From contig CM060731.1 of the NCBI GenBank assembly GCA_030704615.1, positions 16,988,001 to 17,052,000 on the forward strand: DNA of 64,000 bases. Direction: 5' to 3'. Under the pieces are notes generated by a model, which saw nothing but the letters and a program-made list of their open reading frames with translations, was not told where the DNA came from and ran no database searches. Source of the DNA: Takakia lepidozioides. Lineage: Eukaryota > Plantae > Bryophyta. A program made the position numbers and the translations under genes. This document shows positions 24,301 to 36,000 of the stretch, one piece after another. Position 1 is the first letter of the stretch. The number at the start of each line of letters is the position of its first letter.

Positions 24301-26833
24301 CAGTCCAAGATCGCCCTCACCATTCTGTCATCCATTTTGACCCCATCGTGTGTAATCATATGCCCCAGGAACTCCACTTTTGTGACCCCGAATTCGCACT
24401 TTGAAGCTTTGGCATACAGCTTCCCTTCCCGCAATTTTTGGAACACCCTTTTCAGGTGCTCCAGGTGCTCCTCCTTTGTTTTTGAGTACACCAAGATGTC
24501 GTCGATGTACACGATCACACAGTCATCCAACCACTCCTAGAAAAGGCTGTTCATCAGCGTGCTAAATGTCGCTGGTGCATTGGTGAGCCCAAAAGGCATC
24601 ACCAAGAACTCATATGAACCATATCTTGTCCTGCACGCGGTCTTCTCCTCATCTCCTTCCGCCACCCGAATTTGGTGATAGCCGGAGCGCAAGTCGATCC
24701 GGCTGTAATACTTCGCTCCTGCCAACCGATCGAAGAGGTCGTCGATTGGCAAAGGGTACCGGTTTTTGATAGTCACCTTATTCAGAGCCCTGTAATCGAC
24801 ACACATCCGCAGCGTCCCATCCTTCTTGTCTGCAATAGCACCGGGGCTCCGTAAGGTGACTTACTCGGCCGGATGTACCCCTTTGACATTAGATCCTTGA
24901 GCTGAGTCTTCAGCTCGATCAACTCTCTGTGGCTCAATCGGTAGGGCGCCTTGGCAGGCGGTTCCAATCCCGGTATCACCTCAATCTTGTGGTCAACTCC
25001 TCTTCGCGGTGGCAAGCCGCTTGGTAAATCCTCCGGCATCACATCCTGGTATTTCTCCAAAATCCCCTTGATCCAATCTGGGCTCGGCTCCCCATCGCCT
25101 TCTCGTTTCACTTCTCTAATGTAAAGCAAAAATTGGGGCTCGTGTGCCTCCTCCACGGCCCACTCCTTTGCTGACAGAAGGTTTATTCGCCTCCCACGGA
25201 TTTGGGCGTTTCCGACACTCGTAAAACCTCGCCACCATTCCCACATGGCAGCGTGACTACTCTCTTGCGGCCATCTATGACCGCTCCGGATTTGCTCAAA
25301 AAGGTCATCCCCAAAATGAGATCCACTCCATCGATCTCGCAGATGGTGAAGTTCTCACGTCCCTCCCAACTCCCCAGTTGAAGAGGAACATCAAACGCCA
25401 ACCTTGTCGCCAACTGAGGTTCTCCTTTGACAGAGCACACCTCAATAGAGGCCCCCACGTCACTTGTCGGGAGTCCCAACTTTCGCGCCACCGCCGGCGT
25501 CATGAAGGAGTGCGACGCTCCTGTGTCCACCAACAACGACACGTTAGTTCCGGATATTATCCCATCCACGAACAATAACTGACTCCCTTTACGCAGGGCG
25601 CCAGTTTCTTGATACAACTCACAAGAATAGTTGCCTACCTTGCAAGTCCTGGCGACCACCGCTTCCACCAAGCGACTGATGGTATCTTCCGACAGCTCCG
25701 TGGTTGCCCGAGTCATGTTCAATTGTCGAGGTTTTGTGCACTTCTTGGCCATGTGCCCGGGCTCCCTGCAATTGAAACACACTCCATCAAAGGTTGCCTT
25801 CTGTCCGCCATAAGCCACTCCACCCGCTTTTCCTTTCGAAGCACTGGGTGCCGCCTTGACGTGTGAAGGCCTCCCTTCGATTTCCACGTGCCATTGTCGC
25901 CGCGTGGCCTATCCCACTTCTTTTCCGGTCGGAAGGAATTACCTTCCCGCCAGGTCTTCTTATGGTTCAGCTCCGTACGGCCTTGTCTCTCACCCCTAGG
26001 GACATCCGAGAAACATTCAGCCCTCTCAATTGCCTCGTTCAAAGTGTTGGGTGGCTTCTCCTCCAACTTCCGCCTGGCCCATGGGGCCAGTACCGCCACA
26101 AAATTGAAGACCATTCTGGGTTGTGCCATGTCCGCGACTTCGAGCAACAGCACATTGAAAGCCTGGACATACCCCCGAATGTCATCTGTTTGCTTCAAAT
26201 TCCTCATCTTGTCCCGGGCAAGCCAGGACGCATTGAGAGGCAGAAACTTCATCAATTCCTTGAACCCACTCCAGTTCAAGGTTTCCGGGCTTGGGCCTCG
26301 GTCGTGAAGACGTTTCTGCCACCATTGTTGAGCATAGCCCCTCAAATAGGTGGGAGCCACTTCCACCCGATCCTCGTCACTCAACTTGGCCGCCCGGAAG
26401 TACTGCTCTAGCTCCAGGAGCCAGGTGTTGAGTGCCTTCCGATTTCGGACGCCCTCGAAGGTGCCGGGTTCCTTAGGCTTCACTTTAAACTTTGCCTTAG
26501 TGGAAGTGGCATTAGCCGCCTTCAACACGTCTTTCAACGTCCCGCCAAACTGCGCCAACAACCCTTCCCAAAAGGCTGCCGGCATGGGAGGCATCTGTTG
26601 GTCGGTTGGAGCTCTCACGGATTCCTCGGGCTCCGACTCCTCGGATTCCTCCCGCTCTTGAGCGGCCTCGCTTTCAGAAACCTAAGTCGCTTCCTCAAAC
26701 GGCCGCTTCGGTGACACGTCGCCCTCATCGGGCTCACCAGGATCATCATCTTTTGGGCCGTTCCGCTTTCGCTTTGGCTTGCCCGACACCATGATGAGGC
26801 CAATCCCAAGGACGATCGCGTACTGAACTCTAA

Positions 26834-26845
26834 GCTCTGATACCA
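26834..26845 (-). promoter_or_regulatory. Primer-binding site for initiator tRNA-Met
   Basis: TGGTATCAGAGC on the minus strand, 2 nt inside the LTR-terminal CA. Confidence 0.92.
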
Positions 26846-26847
26846 AG

Positions 26848-27577
26848 TGTCGCGTACCTCACTTCGGTAAGCTCCCCCTCAAGTCATAGTTACTCGCTCT
26901 GATGTGCGCGCCTGAATCCCAACCTGGCCGCTCGGGCCAACTTGGAGCTTCGGCTACTCACCGGGACATAACGGTCCCCCCTTTGATTCCCACTAAACCC
27001 TCCACCTATTTGGGCCTAGAGAATTCCCTTTGGTAGATGGCAGTCCGGAACAGCTCCCCACTCTTTGGTCGCTTTTCGGCTCGCTCGCTTACTCACTAGT
27101 TTTTGGTCACCAACGGGCTTGCACCGTTCTCGGGGTCACTACTCCCCTTATATATACTTCTGTAGCTGTCCGCGGGGGTTTCACAACCAGCCATGCCATT
27201 TTATGGCGAACCACCACGAAAACCCTCGGACTCCCGGTGATGAGTCGCGGTGAGTCTTGGCCCACTCACCACGGCCCCTCTGGACCGTGATGAGTCCCAA
27301 GACTCCCCACGACTCCCACCATGAGGTCTCCGCCCCCATGGTGAGTCCTATGCCACCCGCACTAAGTCCCGCTAAGCTACCACCACCCCTTGTGGAGCCA
27401 CCCCCACCGCAACCCGGTGTGCGGGGCTCCACCTAGTGAGCGCCTCCGCCTCCTTGAGTGCCTTGGGCACTCAAGGATGCTTCAGCCCCCCCATACCTAT
27501 CGTTGCCGCTGCCCCCACCACAGGGGCAGCCCCTCATGTGTCCCGACCCCCAGCCCTCAAGGCAAAGGGCCGCGACA
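26848..27577 (-). repeat. 5' LTR of chromovirus copy A (730 bp)
   Basis: Direct repeat of 20671-21352 with an extra ~48-bp block; adjacent to the PBS. Confidence 0.9.
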
Positions 27578-30500
27578 CCTTGTGGAACCACCCCCACCGC
27601 AACCCGGTGTGCGGGGCTCGACCTAGTGAGTGCCTCCGCCTCTGAGTGCCTTGGGCACTCAAGGGTGCTTCAGCCCCCGCATCCATTGTTGCCACTGCCC
27701 CCACCACAAGGGCAGCCCCTCTTGTGTCCCGACTCCCTGCCCTCAAGGCAAAGGGCCGCAACACACACCCCTACCAACAGAGAGTCGATGTCCTCGTCGA
27801 CTTGTCCATTTTGTAGAAACGAACATCCAAGTTGTGGCGTCCCACATCAAGGAGTTTGTTTCCGTACCATGGCGTCCCATGGCAAAGAACCAGACCCCAC
27901 ACTTGACTCTACTCTCCACTAGCTAGTTCGGCCGACTTCCTCCAAGTCCCGGCCAAGGGTGGAGCCTCTCAAGCTCCTCCCAGTGCACTCTTCTTGGCCT
28001 ACTTCAAGGCCAAGGAACGATCCTCCCCGAGGATCGAATCGCCTTACTGCAACAACATTGCTTGCGATCGCTCATGATGCCGCTTTTGGCATCACCTTGA
28101 GCAAGGGTTCCCTGGAACCCTCTTTGACTAGGAAGATAACCTTGAACCAACCGTGCGCCCCAATCACTACAATTGGGTCCGCCTTGGAATGCTGGCATGA
28201 GGTACGGGAACACGCCGAAGCCGCACTACGACTTCGTCTCGAGGCTACACGATTATAGTACGTGAACGGAAGCACGTAGCTTCCGCGTTAGCCCGCACTA
28301 CAAGACAACCCCCTCGGTAGCGCAGTCATAGTGCCAGGTGCGCACTAGCACGTGAACTCCCAAAGAAGGCGCAAGTTTCCTTGCCCCTTGGATGGGGGTC
28401 ACCCGATTTCGGCACTACGCAAACACACGATTAACCCAATTTACCTCTCCCACTTTTATAAGCTAGCATGCATTCTACACACTAGTCAACCATATCATGC
28501 ATCACCATTCCAGACAAAATAGGACGCACAACATTTGGAATCCATTTCATTTATAGCACGTTTTGTACAATACAAGTTTTTGCAATCGGATTCCTAAACT
28601 AGCTAAACCGGGCTAAGCATGCATTTCCTCCCCCACGCTCCAAGGTTGATGTCCCCATCAACGCTTCTTGTGCTTTTGAGGTCGCCCTTCGAAAGCTACA
28701 ACCGCCTCAGATGCGTTTCCCATTTCTGAGGCACGCACCCAAGATGCCTCCACATGATGATAGCCCTTCCATTTGACGAGATACTCCGTTTATCGGTTCT
28801 TCAACCTCCTCGACTTAAGTATTGCCTCCACCTCGTACTCAGGTTCATTTTCATGATCCAACAATATAGGTGGCGGACGCAACACTTGATGCCGATTCGG
28901 ACGCGCTTCATCTTTGAAGTAAGGCTTCAAAAGGGAGACATGGAATACTGGGTGCACCTTGCTGTTTGCCGGTAGCTCCAATTCATACACAACCTCATTC
29001 ATAACCTTCCGAATGCGAAAGGTCCCGCATACGGAGGTACGAACTTCGGACTCACTTCTGGAGGTAGTCGAAAATTCTTGATGTTCAACCAGACCTCGTG
29101 CCTGCCTCAAATTTCACTTCCCTCCGTTTCCGATTCGCCTGCCTTTCATACCGTTTCCTAGCTTTGGCAATGTTGTACTTTGCGAGCTTCAACAAACGCT
29201 CGCGTTCTTCCAGCACCGCTGCTACTGCCGGTTCCTCAACGTCCTGGGCGGCCCAACTTGTCGGCACCAGAGATGCTTTTCCATAGACCAATACAAAAGG
29301 GGAAACTCCCGTTGCGGAGTGTTTTGTGTTATAACAGAACTCTATCGCATCCAAGTGCTCTACCCAGTCTGATTGGTCTGCCAACACATAATTCCGCAAG
29401 ATCTGCTTCACCACGGAATTCACCCTTTCTGTTTGGCCGTCGGTCGTAGGTCGGAAGGCGGTGCTCATCTTCAGCCTCATCCCCATCTTCTTCCAAAGTG
29501 CCCTCCAAAATTTACTCGTAAACTTTGGATCGCGGTCCGAGACAATAGCCTTCGGGAGTCCATGATGCTTGAAGACATGGGCGAAGTAAAGTCGCCCCGT
29601 CTCCTGCGCCGTTGTCGTCTCCTTGGTGGGGATGAAATGGCCCATTTTACTGAACCTATCTACCACCACCATGATTGCATTGAATCCTTTTGACAGCGGC
29701 ATAACAGTCATGAAATCCATCGAGACATTTTCCCAAGACCCCTCTGGAATCATAGCCTTGCTTGCTTTTTGTACTCGCTCCGGTTTTGTTGGCATGTGGT
29801 GCATGTCTTCACATACTCCTCGGCCTCCTCCCTCAGTTGGGCCAGAAATACTCTTTCTTCAAGAGTGCTGCGGTGCGCTTGGCTCCGCCGTGGTCCGTAA
29901 GGGGTCCATCGTGGCATTCTCTCAAGAGACTATCTTTGATCCCTCCCTTCGGCACGTAGAGACGCTTTTGCTTGTACCGAAGCAGTCCATTGTGCAAGTG
30001 GAACTGCGATTTAATCCCCATCCTCAAGTCCTGCATCACGAACTTCGCCATCTCATCCTTCCGGTAAGCCTTCCGGAACTTCCTTTGGAGCGCCGTCTCG
30101 CCCCTGTACACCAACATGAGCTGCTATTTTCTACTTAAAGCATCAGCCACCACATTGTCCCGTCCCGGTTTGTACTGAATATCCACGTCGAACACCACCA
30201 AAGTGTCTTGTCACCTAAGTTGTTTTGGGGACAACTTAGGCTGCGTGGCGAAATACTTCACCGTGACATTGTCCGTGAACACCTTCACCGGGTTGGAACC
30301 AACATAGTGGCGCCAAAGTTCAAGGCAATGCACCACCGCCTTCATTTCTTTCTCATGCGTAGGCCGCCGTCGCTCCACTTCATTCAGGTTCTTACTTTTG
30401 TAAGCCACTGGACGTCCATCCTGCATGAGTACACCCCCAATTGCAAAGTCCGACGCATCTGTATGAATCTCAAATGGACGGTCGAACTCCGGGATTTTCA

Positions 30501-32935
30501 GGACCGGAGCTTCCGCCATCCGATGCTTCAACTCGGCAAAAGCTTGGCCACAAAAGGTGTTCCATACCCATACCTTGGATTTACACAGAAGGTCCGACAG
30601 CGGCCCCGCGATCTTGGCGAAACTTCTCACATACTTTCGGTAATAGGAGGCGAGTCTTAGGAAGGATCGCACTCCCGGGACCAAAGTCAGAGGCTCCCAG
30701 TCCAAGATCACCCTCACCTTTATGTCATCCATTTTGATCCCATCCTGTATAATCATATGCCCTAGGAACTCTACTTTTGTGACCCCAAATTCGCACTTTG
30801 AAGCTTTGGCATACAGCTTCCCTTCCCGCAATTTCTGGAACACCCTTTTGAGGTGCTCCAGGTGCTCTTCATTTGTTTGATGTACACGATCACATAGTCA
30901 TCCAACCACTCCTGGAAAATGTTGTTCATTAGCGGGCTAAAGGTCGCGGGTGCGTTGGTGAGCCCAAAAGGCATCACCAAGAACTAATACGAACCATATC
31001 TTGTCCTGCACGCGGTCTTCTCCTCATCTCCTTCCGCCACTCGGATTTGATGGTAGCCAGAGCGCAAATCGATCCGGCTGAAATACTTTGCTCATGCCAA
31101 CCGATCGAAGAGGTTGTTGATCCTTGGCAAATGGTACCGGTTCTTGATAGTCACCTTATTCAGAGCCCTATAATCGACACACATCCGCAGCGTCCCATCC
31201 TTCTTGTTTGCGAATAGCACCGGGGCTCCGTAGGGTGACTTATTTGGCCGGATGTACCCCTTTGACATTAGATCCTTGAGCTGAGCCTTCAGCTTGACCA
31301 ACTCTCTGTGGCTCAACCGGTAGGGCACCTTGGCAGGCGGCTCCGATCCCGGTATAACCTCAATCTTGTGGTCAACTCCTCTTCGCGGTGGCAAGCCACT
31401 TGGTAAATCCTCCGGCATCACATCCTGGTATTTCTCCAAAATCCCCTTGATCCAACACAGAAGCTGGAAAGTTTGCAGCACAAGCAAGGCTGATTTTGAA
31501 AAGAAAGGCAAAATCAGCAGGTGCTCTCATTGACGACATTGCCAAGCAGTCAACCACAAGTACAGTGGAGCTCGGAGGTTTCCTAGTTGCACATCAACTT
31601 CTACACTGGTAGAGAAAGCAAGAATTGATGAGGGGAGGGCATCCCACCATAAAGGCAGTGCTAACAAACTCCGTGAAAGATCTCTTGATCTTGAGGCCTT
31701 GCTCACCACACACCAAAACCAGGCCGCAGAGTGGGCTGCCTCCATGGAGGCTTTGCTGGCCACAGCTCAGAAGACGCACGTTGAAATGGACTGGCCGACT
31801 GCTCTCAGCTGGTGCCAGCACTTGGAAGGTGGACTTGGATTCCATGATGTAGCTGCCAACCACAACATCCAAATGCTTTGGAGTGGCCCACTCTTTTGCT
31901 GACAGCAGGTTTATTTGCCCTCCCACTGGGTTGGGCGTTTCCGACACTCATAAAACTTTGCCACCATTCCCACACGGTGGCGTGACTACTTTCTTGCGGC
32001 CATCTATGACCGCTCCGGATTTGCTCAAAAAGGTCATCCCCAAAGTGAGATCCACTTCATCGTCTTGCAAATGGTGAAGATCTCGCAAATGGTGAAATTC
32101 TCACGTCCCTCCCAACTCCCCAGCTGAAGAGGAACATCGAACGCCAACCTCGTCGCCCGTTGTGGTTCTACTTTGGCCGAACACACTTCAATGGAGGCCC
32201 CCACATCACTTGTCGGGAGCCCCAGCTTCCGTGCCGTTGCCGGTGTCATGAAGGAGTGCGATGCTCCTGTGTCCACCAACAACGACACGTTAGTTCCAGA
32301 GATTATCCCACTCACGAACATTAACTGACTCCCTTTACGCAAGTCGCCAGTTTCCTGATACAACTCACAAGAGTAGTTGCCTACCTTGCAAGTCTTGGCG
32401 ACCACCGCCTCCACCAAGCGGCTGATGGACTCTTCGGACAACTCCGTGGAAGCCCGAGTCATGTTCAATTGTCGGGGTTTCGCGCATTTCTTAGCCATGT
32501 GCTCGGGTTCCCCGCAATTAAAACACACTCCATCGAAGGTCGCCTTCTGTCCGCCATAAGCCGCCGCACCTGATTTTCTTTTCGAAGCACCGGGTGCCGC
32601 CTTGACGTGTGAAGGACCTCCCTTCGATTTCCACGTGCCGTTGTCGCCGCGTGACCTATCCCACTTCTTTTCCGGTCAAAAGGAGTCACCCTCCCGCCGG
32701 GTCTTCTTGTGGTTCAGCTCCGTACGGCCTTGTCTTTCGCCCTTAGGGACATCCGAGAAACATTCAGCCCTTTTAATTGCCTCGTTCAAAGTCTTAGGTG
32801 GCTTCTCCTCCAACTTCCGTCTGGCCCATGGGGCCAATCCCGCCACAAAGTTGAAGACCATTTCTGGTTCTGCCATGTCCGCGACTTCGAGCAACAGCAC
32901 ATTGAAAGCCTGAACATATCCGCGAATGTCATCCG
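27578..32935 (-). mobile_element. Host chromovirus copy B of the same family, 5'-truncated in gag; its 3' LTR is split into ~20346-20670 and 27583-27763
   Basis: Collinear with copy A from chromodomain to gag. The two LTR halves rejoin as ...ccaccccttg|tggaaccacc..., matching the intact 5' LTR sequence at 27390-27415. Confidence 0.9.
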
Positions 32936-33099
32936 TTTACTCCCTCTTATTGATAAATGAACACTAGACCATAATAATAATAATATTATTATTATTTATC
33001 ACTTTTTGCTATTTATGAAAAGTCCAGATTTCATGTTTTAGTCCAGATTTAGCTAAAACCTAGTTGTCCCATGTACACTTCTCACACTTCCTCCTCACT

Positions 33100-36000
33100 T
33101 CCTACCCCTCAAACATAGTTAGAACAACTGCATGGCCAGATCTTGTCTGTAGCCATGTGCCTACACAGGGACAGCCTGCTCTTCAGTCTTGGTCCACTCA
33201 GCCAACGGTGCTGCCGCTCTCCCGTGCCCCTTCATGTGGGGAACTGGACTTCAATTGGGACAAGGTAAAAACAAGAGCCTTAAGATATTTAAACCTGCAG
33301 AGATGCCCTTGGACAGCCTAGACAAGTTGTGTGCACTCCCTCTGGCAATATTACTTGGACCTAAAAGTTGCGGCCGCAGTAAATATGCCTATTAGAGAGA
33401 GAATGTTGAGGCTACATCTTTTGAGGGGTTTGCCTGCTGAGGTTAGGACATGGGGATAGTGTCGCACATTCCGTGATAGTGATGAGATGTTAGATGAGGT
33501 GAGTCTTAGGTTGAGGGACCTGGCTGAAAATAAAAATAAGCACCACCATGCCAAGTTTCAGGTCCCATTCATGAACCATGAAGATGACATGGCTGCTACA
33601 TTTGATCATGTGATCCAGAGGCAAGTGCATATTCTTTACAGGAATTGGCCACCATAGTCGGGGAGCTAGGTAAGACTATGGCCACTTAATTTGCTGCCTT
33701 GAGAGCTGACCAGCAAAAGGGTGAATGGAGGCCTAAGGATCAGCAAAATTGTAAGAATGGCAACTTCAGAGGCAAAACCCAGATAGGTGCTAGGTATGAA
33801 AGGAAATTTGCGCCTTGCTATATTGTGTGTGGCAGCACATAACTTTACACGAACGTTTGCCCTGAACTAGCTGATTTTTCTGCCTATGTCAAGAGTATGC
33901 ACTCCAGTGTTACCTCTCAAACCGCTGCCTCTGAAAATTTAAAGTAAAGAGATCTCTTTGGATATGGGGCAAGAAATCGTAAGCTGAAGCACCCTACTGT
34001 CTATATTGTCATGTTGTCTATTAACTTTAAGGTGAGTTAAGCAAGAGGAGCCACGTTCAGGAAATCAGTCTTTTGATCACTCAGTGCCATGTTCATCACT
34101 TAAGCTTTCCGTGTGTGATAGACACGGGATGCACCATGTCTGCCATTCTGCAAGTTGTAAGAGTGTTGGGTCTCAAACTTAGCCCTACCAATGACACGGA
34201 GGTTATTATTGCTAATGGTTCTCATTATGCATTCTTGGGTCTGGACTCTGGTCACAGTGTCTATCAGGATTCATAAGAATGAGGTAATGGTTACTTGCAT
34301 AGTTACAATAAGAGATCAGTTTCTATTGGGTTTGGATTGGATGTCAGCCCGCCAACATTTCCCGGGTTTAAGCAATGGTAAGGGAGGTGAGGCAAAAATC
34401 CCATGACAACATGAGTTGGCTGGATTTTTATAAGTACAACTTGATCTTGCTTTGATGTATGAGTGGCATGTGCCTAACTCTAGTCAGAAATTAGGAGCCC
34501 CAAGTGTGGTCCTGAAAAATAGCACCTTGATTAGAGCCCCCTGTGATATCACCATTCCCTCCATGTGTCAAAAGATAGTCAATTAGCTTATCTTTGTCCC
34601 AAGGGCCATTACTTAGAAATTGTTGTCTGACGCATGCTCACACAGCCCTGAAGCATTGCTTTGCTGCTAATGGGGTTATTGATAGAGGTTACAACGAGGA
34701 AGTAAAACTCATTGTGGCCAATCATGAGCGGTTTCCTATGACAATTAAGAACGGTCAGATTCTGGCCAGAAATATTTCAGCCTATCCTATTGCTGCAATT
34801 GGAGAAGTTCAACCTAGTTTGGTCTTGAGGCTCTAGGCATTGTCCATGATGAGGCTAATCTGGTCACAACTTTCTCCAGCAACTCTGTTCTGCTCTTGAG
34901 CCACGATACCAAGCTCAATCCTTTATTGAGTGATGATCAGAGGAGACAAGTTGAAGCCTTAAATTGCTTGTAACCTTGATGTCTTCAGCCTTGGAGCTTC
35001 TGTTCTTGGGAAAACCTCTATCATGCACCATGACATAGTGACAAAAGGTCCTATTGTCAAACAATATGCCCCTATCATGAGAGTGTGAATAGTGCAAGAG
35101 GATATATCAAGAAAATGCTTGATTCAGGGGTAATTAAGACATCGGTCTCTCCCTGGGCAAGTCCCATTGTCCATGTTGGGAAGAAAGATGGAAACCACTC
35201 ATTTATGTGTAGATTTTAGACGTCTTAATATTGCTGTCACGAAGAACAATGTTTATCTTCTTCCTAGAATCAATGAGACGCTTGATATGCCGCATGGGGC
35301 CACCATGTTTTCTTCATTAGATCTTGTTTCTGGATTTTGGCAAGTGCCACTTACAGAAAAAGCCAAGGAGAAGACATCCTTTGTGTGTAGGATGGGTAAG
35401 TACCAATATGAGAAGTTATGCCAATTTGGCCTGTGCAATGCTACTTCTACTCTCCAACATTTTATAGATATAGTTCATGGCAACCTAAGGTGGGAATGTG
35501 CCCTCATCTACATTGATAACATCAATGTGTATTCAGCCACTTTTGAAGTACAAACTATCCAAGATTTACGGCGTGTAAACAACAAACTAAGATTAGCTCG
35601 TTTAAAAATCAAGCCCAAGAAGTGTGAATTATGCATGCCTGAGTTACATTTCATGGGACGTCCTATTAAAGGATGGTCTGAACCCTAATCCTGAAAAAGT
35701 TCGTGTTGTTTGGGAGTTTATTATTCATAAGGACAAGTATTGTGTTAAATCCCTCTTTGGCTTGGCTTCCTACTATCGTAGATTTATCAAAAACTGTGCC
35801 ATGATTGCTTTTGCCCTGACCAAGTTACTGGCCAAAGATGTTTGGTTTGAGTGGGGTATTTTTCAGCAGGCTGCATTTGATCGTTTGAAGGTTGCCCTTA
35901 ATACTGCCCATGTCCTTATGTTTCCTGAATTTTAGTTATCATTAAGATGCAAACAAATGCTTCTGAGTGGTCATCTCTACTCTACTATGCCAAGCTGTGG

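Larger units (their letters stand above)
20671..27577 (-). mobile_element. Full-length Ty3/gypsy chromovirus LTR retrotransposon (copy A), gag-pol disrupted by frameshifts and stops
   Basis: LTRs at 20671-21352 and 26848-27577 both run TGTCGCG...CGCGACA. 5-bp TSD CCTTG at 20666-20670 and 27578-27582. PBS at 26834-26845. Gag starts near 26792; CCHC knuckle CFNCREPGHMAKKC; protease LVDTGAS; RT YIDD; RNase H; integrase HHCC and core; chromodomain EYEVEAIL...EYLVKWKGY...SWV ending at 22246. Confidence 0.95.

Noticed and set aside
20671-32935. Tandem element with a shared central LTR, or a 1.5-kb LTR ending at 22211
   Set aside because: The TGTCGCG/CGCGACA termini and the CCTTG TSD define a nested insertion with ~0.7-kb LTRs.
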